From a candidate division FCPU426 bacterium (GTDB taxonomy: Bacteria > Oederibacteriota > JAAXVQ01 > JAUVAV01), in the NCBI GenBank assembly GCA_040756875.1, contig JBFLYH010000001.1, forward strand, positions 1,116,878 through 1,180,877: DNA of 64,000 nt. Direction: 5' to 3'. A program made the position numbers and the translations under genes. The notes under the pieces are model-generated. The model was not told the DNA's origin. It saw nothing but the letters and a program-made list of their open reading frames with translations, and made no database searches. Positions 46,829 through 56,059 of this stretch are shown here, piece by piece; position 1 is the stretch's first letter; each line of letters starts with the position of its first letter.

Positions 46829-47803
46829 TCAGGGCCGGTTGCGCGTCAGCACCCACAGGAAAAACGGCCCGCCCAGGAGCGCGGTGATCACTCCTACGGG
46901 CAGCTCGGCCGGCGCGAGGAGCACGCGCGCCACGGCGTCGCAGGCCGGCAGGAACGACATGCCCAGCAGCAGGACGGCCCAGGCCAGCCGGCGGTGGTCA
47001 GGCCCGAGCAGTTGCCGGCAGATGTGCGGCACCATGAGGCCCACGAATCCCACGGGCCCGGTCAACGCCACCACTGTGCCGACCATCACGCCCACTCCGG
47101 CCAGCAACAGCAGCTTGACGCGGGGCAGGTCCAGGCCGCGCGCCACGGCCAGGTCCTCGCCCGCGGCCAGCAGATTGAGTTCGAACCGCAGGGCCAGGAT
47201 CAGACCGCTGCCGAGCAGGGCCAAGGGGGCGGCCTGGAGCAGCTCCCAATAGCCCACGACCTCCAGGCTGCCCATGAGCCAGCGCAGCATGCGCAGGCTG
47301 TGGACCTGGTCGGCCAGGTACTGCAGCAGCAAAATCAGGCTGGAGAAAAAGATGCCGCCGGCCACGCCGGCCAGGAGCAGGGTTTCCGTGCGCGCCCGCC
47401 CGGCCAGCTGCGAGAACCCGTAGACCAGGCCCAGCGACAGCAGCGCGCCGGCAAAGGCAAACCAGGTTTGCCCGCTCAGGCCGAGAAAGCCGAAAGACCA
47501 TCCGGTCCACAGGTAAAAACAGGCGCCCAGGCTCGCGCCGGAGGCCGTGCCCAGGGTGAAAGGCTCGGCCAGGGGATTGCGGAACAAGGCCTGCATGGCC
47601 ATGCCGGCCATGCCCAAGGTGGAGCCGGCAAGCATGCCGGCCAGCAGCCTGGGCACGCGCAGGGACCAAAACACCTGGGCCTCCGGCGAGCCGGACAGGA
47701 TGTCCTGGGGCCGGATCGCCTCCACGCCGATCCAGGGCAGGCCCAGCAGGCAGCCCACCCAGGCGAGCGCCAATCCCCACCAAATCCACGTGGTTTTTTT
47801 CAT
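46829..47803 (-). CDS. btuC: Cobalamin ABC transporter permease (FecCD/BtuC)
   Basis: LRVPR, FRNPLAEP, GFVGLMVPH and ELPVG; lies in a B12-riboswitch operon. Confidence 0.85.
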   Translation of the reverse strand: MKKTTWIWWGLALAWVGCLLGLPWIGVEAIRPQDILSGSPEAQVFWSLRVPRLLAGMLAGSTLGMAGMAMQALFRNPLAEPFTLGTASGASLGACFYLWTGWSFGFLGLSGQTWFAFAGALLSLGLVYGFSQLAGRARTETLLLAGVAGGIFFSSLILLLQYLADQVHSLRMLRWLMGSLEVVGYWELLQAAPLALLGSGLILALRFELNLLAAGEDLAVARGLDLPRVKLLLLAGVGVMVGTVVALTGPVGFVGLMVPHICRQLLGPDHRRLAWAVLLLGMSFLPACDAVARVLLAPAELPVGVITALLGGPFFLWVLTRNRP

Positions 47804-48588
47804 GTGGCTTCCCTGCCGCCTTCGGGCAGCACGACCAGCCGGTTGAGGTTCGGGTGCGGCGCCAGCAGGAAGCGCTTGCCGTAAATTTCGCGCAGCGCCT
47901 CGGGCCGCATTAGTTCTTCCGGCGTGCCGAGAAACGCCACCCGGCCGTCGCGCAAGCCCAAAATCCGGTCATGCCCCAAAGCCGCACGGTTGACGTCGTG
48001 GGTGACTTCCAGCAGGGTCAGGTTCTGGCGGCTGTGCGCGGATTCCAGCAAGGCGTAGATCTGATCCTGCTGGAACGGGTCCAAATGCGCGGTGGGTTCG
48101 TCGAGCAGCAGCACCCGGGCCTCCTGGGCCAGGGCCGCGGCCAGTACGACCTTTTGCAGTTCCCCGCCCGACAGGGTGGCGAGCGTGCGCCCGGAAAAAG
48201 CCTCCATGCCCGTGGCTGCCAGGGCCTGGTCCACGGCTTCCCAATCCCGGCGGCGGGGATTGGAAAACGGCGAAAGGTGCGGATACCGCCCCATAAGCAC
48301 GAACTCCCGCACCGCGAATTCCTCGGTATGCGCCAGGGCCTGGGGCACGTAGGCCACCCAGCGGGCGAGGTCTTTTTGCGCCAGGCCGGAGGACAGCTGC
48401 CCCTGCCAGCGCACGGCCTCCGCGGGTTGCGGCAGAATCCGGCACAGCACCTTCAGCAGGGTGGATTTGCCCGCGCCGTTGGGGCCGATGATCGCGAAAC
48501 GCTCGCCGGCCGCGACCGAGAACGACACGCTGTCCAGCAGCCTGCGGCCCGGGACCGAAACGGTAAGGTTCCTGACATCCAGCATCAT
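47800..48588 (-). CDS. btuD: Cobalamin ABC transporter ATP-binding protein
   Basis: GPNGAGKST, LSGGE and LLLDEPT. Confidence 0.85.
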   Translation of the reverse strand: MMLDVRNLTVSVPGRRLLDSVSFSVAAGERFAIIGPNGAGKSTLLKVLCRILPQPAEAVRWQGQLSSGLAQKDLARWVAYVPQALAHTEEFAVREFVLMGRYPHLSPFSNPRRRDWEAVDQALAATGMEAFSGRTLATLSGGELQKVVLAAALAQEARVLLLDEPTAHLDPFQQDQIYALLESAHSRQNLTLLEVTHDVNRAALGHDRILGLRDGRVAFLGTPEELMRPEALREIYGKRFLLAPHPNLNRLVVLPEGGREAT

Positions 48589-49487
48589 TCGGGCTCCTGG
48601 CTCGTTTTCAACGCCTGCCGCAAATCCCACAGCAAGAGCGGCAGCCTGGGTCCGGGCCGGACTGTATAAGACCCGGCCAGGATCTCCACCCGCCGCCTCC
48701 GGCCGGTCTGCCAGCCGGGCACCTGTTGCCAATCGTCGGCCAGGCTGTCCAGGGGCCTGCCTGCAAACTCCGGATCCCCCACCAACTCGATGATCACGTC
48801 CGGGTCCAGCGACATCACGCCTTCGACGGTTAGTTTCGGGTATTTGGGCCATGGCCGGCGATAGGCATTTTCCGCCCCGGCCGTTTCCAAAAGTTCGTCG
48901 TAAAATTCCCCCCGGCCGGCGACGTAGGTTTCATGTATGCCGCGCGCCTGGTAGTCGCGGCTGACGACGATCAGCACCCTGGGCCGCTGTTCCGGAGGCG
49001 GAACCGCGTCCCGGCTTCCGGAGACCGCGTCCAGCAGTTCACGGATCAGCACCGCGGCCTTGGCTTCAGCTCCGCACACAGCGCCTAATTGGAGATACGT
49101 GGTGATCAATCCGGCCACGGAGTGCATCTCCACCACCAGCACCGGAACGCCGAGTTGCCGCAACCGCTGCGCGGCCTCCTGGTGCTCGGACAGCAGCACC
49201 GCCACATCCGGGCGCAGGCTCAGGATGACCTCGAAATTGGGATCGTAATACCCCCCCACTTTAGGCAGGCCTTGGGCGGCTGCCGGATAATCGCAGTAGT
49301 CTGTCACAGCCAGGAGCTGGCTGCCCGCGCCCAGTGCGTACAGCGTCTCTGTGATGCTGGGCGCCAGGGAGACCAGGCGGAGGGGCCGCGCCTCGGCTTG
49401 GCGGGCAACGGCCCCTCCCTGGCACAGCAGCGCGGCCAGGAGCAAAAGGCCCGAAAATCCGAGGTTATTCAACAACCAGCGCCGCAT
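48585..49487 (-). CDS. btuF: Cobalamin-binding periplasmic protein
   Basis: VSLAPSITE, CDYP and RPGPR. Confidence 0.85.
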   Translation of the reverse strand: MRRWLLNNLGFSGLLLLAALLCQGGAVARQAEARPLRLVSLAPSITETLYALGAGSQLLAVTDYCDYPAAAQGLPKVGGYYDPNFEVILSLRPDVAVLLSEHQEAAQRLRQLGVPVLVVEMHSVAGLITTYLQLGAVCGAEAKAAVLIRELLDAVSGSRDAVPPPEQRPRVLIVVSRDYQARGIHETYVAGRGEFYDELLETAGAENAYRRPWPKYPKLTVEGVMSLDPDVIIELVGDPEFAGRPLDSLADDWQQVPGWQTGRRRRVEILAGSYTVRPGPRLPLLLWDLRQALKTSQEPE

Positions 49488-51636
49488 ACGGTCTGGCCTG
49501 CCCAGGTTGGCCAGACTGGACCGGCTGGGCCGGGGCAGCCTGACTCCCGGCCGGCGGCGCCAGTTTCCACGCCACCTGGCAGCCCAAATACGCGGCCACG
49601 CCGCTGGTGCCGTAACCTGTAATCGCCTCATAGCGGGCGTTGAGGAGGTTGTTTACTTTGCAGTGGACGCTGGTTCCGGGCCACACCTCGGCGCTGGCTG
49701 CCACGTTCAGCAAAGTGTAAGGCGCCAGCCGGACGTCGCCCACATCCAAGCGGGGACCGATGTGCAGCACCTGGCCGAACCACTTCACCCCGGCCGCCTC
49801 GCCGGACACGTCCAACGACGCCTGATAATCGGCGCGGCGCAGCAGGGGCCGGCTGTCAGCCGGACGGTCTTCCCATTCCCGCGTCCACAGGCGCGTGTAA
49901 TTCGCGGCTATGCGCCAGGAGTCGAGGAGACGGAAGCGGGCCTCGCTTTCCCAGCCCCGCATTTCGGCCTGGGCCCGGTTGAGATAGCGGTAGCGGAAAA
50001 GATCAAGATCATACAGGCCCACGATCTCGTCGGAATAATCCGACTGGAAATACGTCACCTGGAGTTCGCCCCAGCCGGCCGGCAGGTCCTGCGCGGCGCC
50101 GATCTCCCAGCCCCGGGACGTTTCGGGCCGCAGCGCACGGTTGCCCTGGGTGTAGGCGTCGTCCGCGTACAATTGATAGAGGGTCGGCGCGTTGAACCCC
50201 GTGCCGTACGTCAGCCGCAGGCGGGACAGGGTGGCGGGAACCCGGTAGCCCTGGGTCAGGCGGTAGGTGATGAATTCCCCGAATTGCTCGTGCCGGTCCA
50301 GCCGCGCGCCCACCGTGGTGTCCCAGTTCTCATAGGAAAAGCAATCCTCGAGGAACACGCCGGTCAGCTGCGCCCGGCGCTCCCTGAATTCGGTTCTCAT
50401 CTCCGTGGGCTCGCCGGTCCACCAATCCAGGTACTGGGAACGGTCCTCATAGGCGCCCGATTCCTGCTGGACATTGGCGCCCGCGGAAATCCGGTTGTGA
50501 GCCGGCGCTTCCAGGCAATGCTTCCAGGCCGCGGTCAGCAGCCGGGCCCGGAAATCGCTGGTCCAGGCGTCCTGCGGATGCGCCGGGTCGACGGGATTGT
50601 CGTAATGCCGCGAAGACTGGTTGAAGCCGAGGCCGACTTCCTGGCTCCAGGTCCCGGGCAGGGTGTTCCAGGAAACAGTGGCCTGATGCACGGACTGCCA
50701 GTAGGAGCCGACGGCATTGGGATCGTCCCCGGCCGTGCCGCCGAAGGAATCCATCTCGGTTTCCGCCCGCAAAAAGCGGTTGGACAGGGTCACGTCCAGG
50801 TTGGAGGCCGGCGTGGCGCTGATTCCCGCGTCCAGGGAAAGGGCCCGGTGGCCGTCCGCGTCCACGGCGTCCTGCGGCGCGTCGGCCGCGGCCGAGGAAT
50901 ATCCCTGGGTGTTTTCCAGCGAAGCGCCCACGGAAACGCCCAGCCCCGAGACGCGGCCGCCGGCGGTCAGGCTTCCCCGCCAGGTGGAATATGCGCCGCC
51001 TTCGGCATCGAGGCTGCCGGACCACTCCGGGGCCGCGTCCTTCGTAATCACATTGATCACGCCGCCCAGGGCGCCGGACCCGAACACCGCGCTTTGCGAT
51101 CCGCGCGCGATCTCGATGCGGTCCACGTTGTCCAGGCTGATGCGGGAGAGGTCGGCGTTGCGCGCCGGGGACACGGGGTCGTTCAGCGGCACGCCGTTGT
51201 AAAGCACCACTGTGCGTTCCGAAGCCGCGCCCCGGATGAAGACCGTGGCCAACTGGCCCGGGCCGCCGCTCGGCACGACATCCAGGCCGGGAACGCCCTG
51301 CAGGGCGTCCAGCAGGCTGCGCGCTTGACGGAGGGCGATCTCCTCGGCCGTGATAACCGTGACCGAGCTCGCCACCGCGCTTTGAGGCAAGGGCTGGGTG
51401 GCCGCGGAAACCACCGTGGGTTCCTTTTTGGATTCCTTGAACCACTCATCAGGCAGGGATTCGGGCAAAACCGAGGGAGCCGGCGGGGAGAGCAATTCGG
51501 GGGTTGACGGAACCGTTCCTTCGGAGGAAGCAGGTGATGTAATCAGGAAGGTCTGGGCGTGCAGGACAGCCGACAAACAGCAAACCAGCAGGCCGCCAAG
51601 CGCAACGCGGCCCGTCATGCGCAGAAAACGAGACAT
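49465..51636 (-). CDS. btuB: TonB-dependent cobalamin receptor
   Basis: Plug domain (VFIRG, IEIARG), TGFNAPTLYQLY, LRPE and NNLLNARYE; directly downstream of a B12 riboswitch. Confidence 0.85.
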   Translation of the reverse strand: MSRFLRMTGRVALGGLLVCCLSAVLHAQTFLITSPASSEGTVPSTPELLSPPAPSVLPESLPDEWFKESKKEPTVVSAATQPLPQSAVASSVTVITAEEIALRQARSLLDALQGVPGLDVVPSGGPGQLATVFIRGAASERTVVLYNGVPLNDPVSPARNADLSRISLDNVDRIEIARGSQSAVFGSGALGGVINVITKDAAPEWSGSLDAEGGAYSTWRGSLTAGGRVSGLGVSVGASLENTQGYSSAAADAPQDAVDADGHRALSLDAGISATPASNLDVTLSNRFLRAETEMDSFGGTAGDDPNAVGSYWQSVHQATVSWNTLPGTWSQEVGLGFNQSSRHYDNPVDPAHPQDAWTSDFRARLLTAAWKHCLEAPAHNRISAGANVQQESGAYEDRSQYLDWWTGEPTEMRTEFRERRAQLTGVFLEDCFSYENWDTTVGARLDRHEQFGEFITYRLTQGYRVPATLSRLRLTYGTGFNAPTLYQLYADDAYTQGNRALRPETSRGWEIGAAQDLPAGWGELQVTYFQSDYSDEIVGLYDLDLFRYRYLNRAQAEMRGWESEARFRLLDSWRIAANYTRLWTREWEDRPADSRPLLRRADYQASLDVSGEAAGVKWFGQVLHIGPRLDVGDVRLAPYTLLNVAASAEVWPGTSVHCKVNNLLNARYEAITGYGTSGVAAYLGCQVAWKLAPPAGSQAAPAQPVQSGQPGQARPYAALVVE

Positions 51637-51671
51637 CGTGAAATTCCTTTCTCCCTGGAGATGTGTCCGGC

Positions 51672-51850
51672 TCGGCGGTTTCCTGGCTCGCATTCTTCCT
51701 ACTCGCCGCGTCTTCCCGGTTCAAAACCAGTGACTGGCAGCGGCTTTCGTCCTGCATACAGTTGCCGGGCAGCTGGGGATTCGCACCCCATTCCTCTATC
51801 CAAGCCGGTGAAGCCCCGGGCTCGGGACGCCCGGGTGCTTTAAAATCTGA
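51672..51850 (-). promoter_or_regulatory. Cobalamin (B12) riboswitch
   Basis: The minus strand reads AGAGGAATGGGGTGCGAATCCCCAGCTGCCCGGCAACTGTA...GTCACTGG...CCGGGAAGAC...GAGCCAGGAAACCGCC (B12 box) upstream of btuB. Boundaries approximate. Confidence 0.92.
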
Positions 51851-51921
51851 CTCTCTCGCCTCTCCTTTCTCCTGAAACGCCTCCCTGCCGGCTGCGTTTC
51901 AAACCAGCCGGCCAGACGGGT

Positions 51922-52971
51922 TCAGGGTTTTTCAGCCCAAACCGGCCGCAACCGCTGCAAACCCCAGCGCGCCGGCCGGCCGCGCACATCCATGTGCACA
52001 AAAGGCCCGTGAATGGCCGTGGCCGGATACAAACCCAAGCCGCCGGTCAGATCCATTGTTTCGGGTTCGCAGTCCAGGCTGTCTGCCAATTGAAACAGCC
52101 AATAAGCGTCCAAGAGATTAACGCGGCCGTCGCGGTTGACGTCGTCCATCCGGCCGTCGCGATCCGCGTCCACGTACACGTCCGCGGCCCAGCCCCAGAC
52201 ATGGCTGCTGTAGGCCACATTGCCCAGTTTCCGGTTGTATTCCGGCGTGCGGTAGCCGCTGAGCACTGCCAGGGTGGAACAGGCGCGGCCCTGGTCGTTG
52301 ACCGCGGCCAGAAGTTTCTCCATTTTAGCCAGCAACCGCTCGTCCAGCATCAGGTACTTGGGAAACTCCCCGCCCTGTTTGCACACGAACTGGCCCAGTT
52401 TGAAATGAGGGCTGACAGCCAGTTCCAGGTTTTCCGGAGTGGCTTCCACCCAGCCCCGCGGCGTCCCGTATTTGACCAAGCCGCGGCTGGCCGGCTGGGG
52501 ATAGCGGCCGATGCGATAGCCGTTCATTTTTTTGGATTTCAAGCGCGAGAAAGGCACCAGGACAAACGCCTGCAGGGTAAGGCGTTGGCCACCGGCAGGA
52601 ACGGCCAGCTCGGCGGTGTAAACGCCCGGCCGGGAAGGCGGATGCCATTTGAATTCATCCGAAGCGGTCTGCAACACACGGCCGGTCGAGACGCGGATCT
52701 CGCAGGCAGGCTGCTGATCCGAAGCAGGCACCTGCAGGCGCACCAGCTCACCGGGCAGGAGGAATATACTTTCTATATTATATTGAAGCGTTCGGCCCTG
52801 GCACTGGACTTGGATCCCGGCCAGGCCCGGGTCAAACCCCTGCTGGGCGCGGGCCTCAAGGCCGCCCAGGAGCAGCAGGGCCGTCAGGCCGGCCAGCAGG
52901 CCCTTGGTTCGTCCCCACGGGAAGCCGCATGCGTTCCCGCCAAATTTTCTGCAAAGCCGCATCCCACCCAT
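51922..52971 (-). CDS. Peptidase M15A (YcbK/MepK-like murein endopeptidase), secreted
   Basis: SPHFKL, SGYRTPEYN, SSHVWGWAAD and FVHMDVRG. Start uncertain because it overlaps the ycbB end. Confidence 0.85.
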   Translation of the reverse strand: MGGMRLCRKFGGNACGFPWGRTKGLLAGLTALLLLGGLEARAQQGFDPGLAGIQVQCQGRTLQYNIESIFLLPGELVRLQVPASDQQPACEIRVSTGRVLQTASDEFKWHPPSRPGVYTAELAVPAGGQRLTLQAFVLVPFSRLKSKKMNGYRIGRYPQPASRGLVKYGTPRGWVEATPENLELAVSPHFKLGQFVCKQGGEFPKYLMLDERLLAKMEKLLAAVNDQGRACSTLAVLSGYRTPEYNRKLGNVAYSSHVWGWAADVYVDADRDGRMDDVNRDGRVNLLDAYWLFQLADSLDCEPETMDLTGGLGLYPATAIHGPFVHMDVRGRPARWGLQRLRPVWAEKP

Positions 52972-54610
52972 AAATATCCCGGCGAAAGTGAATGATCCCT
53001 TGGGCGTCCACCCAGGCGGTCCAGTAAAGAATATGGATGGGAATGGGTCTCGTCAACTTTATTTTTTGCTCCACTTTTCCGGCCAGGGCGGCTTTGACCC
53101 GCCTGGCGTTCCAGAAAGCTTCGTCTCGCAGGCAGTAAACCGCCAGCTCCACGGGTTTTTCGAGCCGGATGCAACCGGAGCTGAAACTGCGCACCTCGGC
53201 CGAGAACAACTGGCGGGAGGGCGTGTCATGCAGGTAAACGTTGAACTCGTTGGGAAACATGAATTTGATCCGGCCCAAAGGATTGTTCGGGCCGGCGCTC
53301 TGGCGGAAACGGTACTTTTCGGTCAGGTCCTGCAGACTGACTTTGCGCCACTCCACGGTCTTGGGGTCCACCTGGCGTTCGTTGCTTCCCCACCCGCGCA
53401 AAACCTCGATCTGATGCCGCTCGAAAAAATCCGCCTCGTAGCGCAGGCCGTACAGCTTGTCCCGCACGAGAATGGCGGGCGGGATCTCCCAGAAGGGGTT
53501 CAGCACGATGAACCTCAGGGCATCGCTGAAAATCGGCGTGCGGTTGATGGTCTGGCCCACCACCACGCGCATGGACAGCATTGGCCGGTGGCGCTCGATG
53601 ACATTCAGGCTGAACGCGGGGATGTTGACCAGGATGTACCGTGGTTGCTCCTGAAGGTTGCGCATCCAGCGCCAGCGCTCCAGATTCAGCTCCAGAGCCG
53701 CCAAATCCTGCGCCGGCGGCCGGTTCAGCCAGGCCAGGGTTTCGGGATCCAATTCGCCGCTCGGCGGCAGGCCGTGCCGCTCCTGGAAACGTTTGATGCC
53801 GTCCGCCACTTGCTGGTTGAATAACGTTTCGTCCTTGGCCGTCACCTGGGGCAGATCGCCCAGCAGGCCCAGCTTGACCCGGAGCATGGGCACGCGCCGG
53901 GGATCGCGGTCCCCCAGGCGCAGGCCCGGCGCAGCCGGCAGGGCCAGGTGCCCCATTCGGCCGGCCAACTCCCGGTACTGCGCCAGCGCGGCTTTCAACT
54001 TGACGTAGTCAGGATGGGTCATCGACAAGCCGGCCAACCCCAGCTCCACCCGGCCGCGCGCCAGGGTTTGCTCCAGATACGCCACGTGCGGAAACGGCTC
54101 CGGATCGCCGGGAAATTTGACTTCCAACCCAGTGGGATCGATCCGGCCGTGCAGCAAATGTTCGGCATACAGGAAGAACGCGTCGGTCAGGAGCAAATCC
54201 AGCGAGGCGGCCGTCAGGACCGCATTTTCATCCGGCGGGGCGGAAGGCGCCTGCTGTTTCAAACGGCGCAGGCAGGATTGAATGTCCTTGAGATGGTATT
54301 CCTCGGGCCGCAGGCCTTCGCGTTCGGCTTGTTGCAGCACCTTCAACAGGTTTTCAGCCATGGGCCCGGGCTGGTCCAAGCGCAGCCACGCCGGTTGGAA
54401 TTTCCGCTGGGAATAGAACTCGCGCGCCAAGCCGGGAGCATAAATCGTCAGCCCCTTGATTTTAACCGGCCCCTGGTCTTCCACCTGATGCAGCCAATAC
54501 CCCAGCACCCCCGGCACTCCGGTGGTTAAAATCGGAGCCGGACTCCGCGGCGCCTGGCAGGCCGTGGCGGCGAGTAAAAAACCTATTGCGATCTTGGCAA
54601 AATGGCGCAT
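52856..54610 (-). CDS. ycbB: L,D-transpeptidase, YcbB/LdtD family
   Basis: Lipobox-like ATAC, PG-binding FQERHGL, LNLERWRW, NPLGRIKFMFPN, YLHDTP and FSSGCIR. Confidence 0.9.
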   Translation of the reverse strand: MRHFAKIAIGFLLAATACQAPRSPAPILTTGVPGVLGYWLHQVEDQGPVKIKGLTIYAPGLAREFYSQRKFQPAWLRLDQPGPMAENLLKVLQQAEREGLRPEEYHLKDIQSCLRRLKQQAPSAPPDENAVLTAASLDLLLTDAFFLYAEHLLHGRIDPTGLEVKFPGDPEPFPHVAYLEQTLARGRVELGLAGLSMTHPDYVKLKAALAQYRELAGRMGHLALPAAPGLRLGDRDPRRVPMLRVKLGLLGDLPQVTAKDETLFNQQVADGIKRFQERHGLPPSGELDPETLAWLNRPPAQDLAALELNLERWRWMRNLQEQPRYILVNIPAFSLNVIERHRPMLSMRVVVGQTINRTPIFSDALRFIVLNPFWEIPPAILVRDKLYGLRYEADFFERHQIEVLRGWGSNERQVDPKTVEWRKVSLQDLTEKYRFRQSAGPNNPLGRIKFMFPNEFNVYLHDTPSRQLFSAEVRSFSSGCIRLEKPVELAVYCLRDEAFWNARRVKAALAGKVEQKIKLTRPIPIHILYWTAWVDAQGIIHFRRDIYGWDAALQKIWRERMRLPVGTNQGPAGRPDGPAAPGRP

Positions 54611-54856
54611 AATTTGTCGTGAAGCGACTCCAGCGTCACCAGCATTCACTACCCCTTGGCAGCGACGAAAATTCGGCAATTGGCCAAAATTTCCGGCGTT
54701 TTCAAAATAACCGCCGAAAATCAAGGATATCCGAATATTAGCTGGTTTCCAATTCAATTTTCGTCATTTAGCAATAAGATTTTAAGTCTCATTGAATCAC
54801 CGGCAGATAAAGCGGTTGTTTTTATTAGTTATTATTGGCATTGAAATTTTCCGGCT

Positions 54857-54875
54857 TTTGGCATGGATTCTGCAT
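54857..54875 (+). promoter_or_regulatory. Sigma-54 (-24/-12) promoter
   Basis: TTGGCATGGATTCTGCA gives exact GG-N10-GC spacing about 50 bp upstream of the ATG at 54923; the locus encodes a GAFTGA activator. Confidence 0.75.
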
Positions 54876-54922
54876 TAATAATATTCGAGGCTTAAAATCC
54901 AGAATGAAAGGAGAAATGACCC

Positions 54923-55972
54923 ATGAAAAAAAGCCTTTTAATATTGATGGTGGGAATGGGAATCTCGACCCTGCTGGCAGGCCAGGCCCAGGCTAGCCGC
55001 GCCATCGACGACTTCCGCCTCTCCAATTCGATCCGCGAAACCCTCGCCGAGGCCAATCCCGGCGAGATTTCCGGAGCATCGCCTCAGGAAATCCGGGAAC
55101 AGGAAGTGCAGCAAATCAAGGAGCTCTTGCGGGCCGATGAATTGAACCGCGAAAACACCATGCGGGAAGCTTTGCGGCAGGAGAACCTGAGTGAGCGCGT
55201 CCAGGGGCACGCGGACCTGGAGATGGCCGTGGAAGAGCAAAACGTGGACATGCACCTGGGCAAGACCCTGACCGACGTGCACGGCAACCGCGTGCGCATG
55301 GAAGAATACGTGCTGCGGCCCGAAGCCAACCAGGTCCAGTTCGTGAATTTGACCATGCGCGACGACCGGCTGGATTACATCAACTACAACGCCTATTTCA
55401 ACGACATTTTGCCGCGCGATACGCGCGGTTTATGGCACAAAGAATTCGGCAAAACCGCCCCCAGCATCTACCTGGTCAAAGAAACCTCGAAAGCCTCCAA
55501 TTTGACCGATGCCGTCGAATTTCAGGTTAATTTTTTCGAGCCTTATTGGGAAACCGCCAGCCAACAGTATGTGCTGCCTGAGCGCGACGCTTCCCTGTCG
55601 ATCAATTCGACCCTCAAATGGGGACAGACCCGCACTTCGCCCAGCGTCGATTTTTCCGCGATGCCCGGCGCTGTCGGCGTCACCGAAAATTACAGTGTCC
55701 GCACGGACGGCAATTATCTGGCGCCGCGCTGGCACCTGACCTTCACTGACGGCACTTTCATGGAAATGCAGCAATACCTGATCACCGAGAACGGAAGCGT
55801 CGTCACTCTGCGCAATCTTAACGATCTGGTCAACCTTCTGAAAAACCTCAACGAATTCGTCTTTCGCACCTACCGGGAGCAGATCTGGACCGCCTCGGAG
55901 TTCGAAGGCCGCACCATTGACACGGTTTCCCAGTTCCAGCACCTGGCCAACACCTTTGGCGACCAAGATTGA
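54923..55972 (+). CDS. Secreted protein of unknown function
   Basis: AGGAG RBS, signal peptide (AQA), acidic coiled N-region, then a beta-rich domain (GKTLTDVHGNRVRMEEYVLRP). Confidence 0.85.
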   Translation: MKKSLLILMVGMGISTLLAGQAQASRAIDDFRLSNSIRETLAEANPGEISGASPQEIREQEVQQIKELLRADELNRENTMREALRQENLSERVQGHADLEMAVEEQNVDMHLGKTLTDVHGNRVRMEEYVLRPEANQVQFVNLTMRDDRLDYINYNAYFNDILPRDTRGLWHKEFGKTAPSIYLVKETSKASNLTDAVEFQVNFFEPYWETASQQYVLPERDASLSINSTLKWGQTRTSPSVDFSAMPGAVGVTENYSVRTDGNYLAPRWHLTFTDGTFMEMQQYLITENGSVVTLRNLNDLVNLLKNLNEFVFRTYREQIWTASEFEGRTIDTVSQFQHLANTFGDQD

Positions 55973-55978
55973 TTTCTC

Positions 55979-56019
55979 CGGTCCCGCGGGTCTACCGACC
56001 CGCGGGACCGCTTTTTTTT
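55979..56019 (+). terminator. Strong rho-independent terminator
   Basis: 14 bp stem CGGTCCCGCGGGTC/GACCCGCGGGACCG followed by T8. Confidence 0.9.
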
Positions 56020-56059
56020 GCCTGGACCTGACGAATATTCATACAAGGAGGATGGCAAG

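Noticed and set aside
46282-51850. B12 uptake operon as a novel system
   Set aside because: It is a canonical riboswitch-controlled btu/cobO arrangement.
51922-54610. L,D-transpeptidase plus M15A pair as novel
   Set aside because: It parallels the known ycbB-ycbK (ldtD-mepK) linkage.
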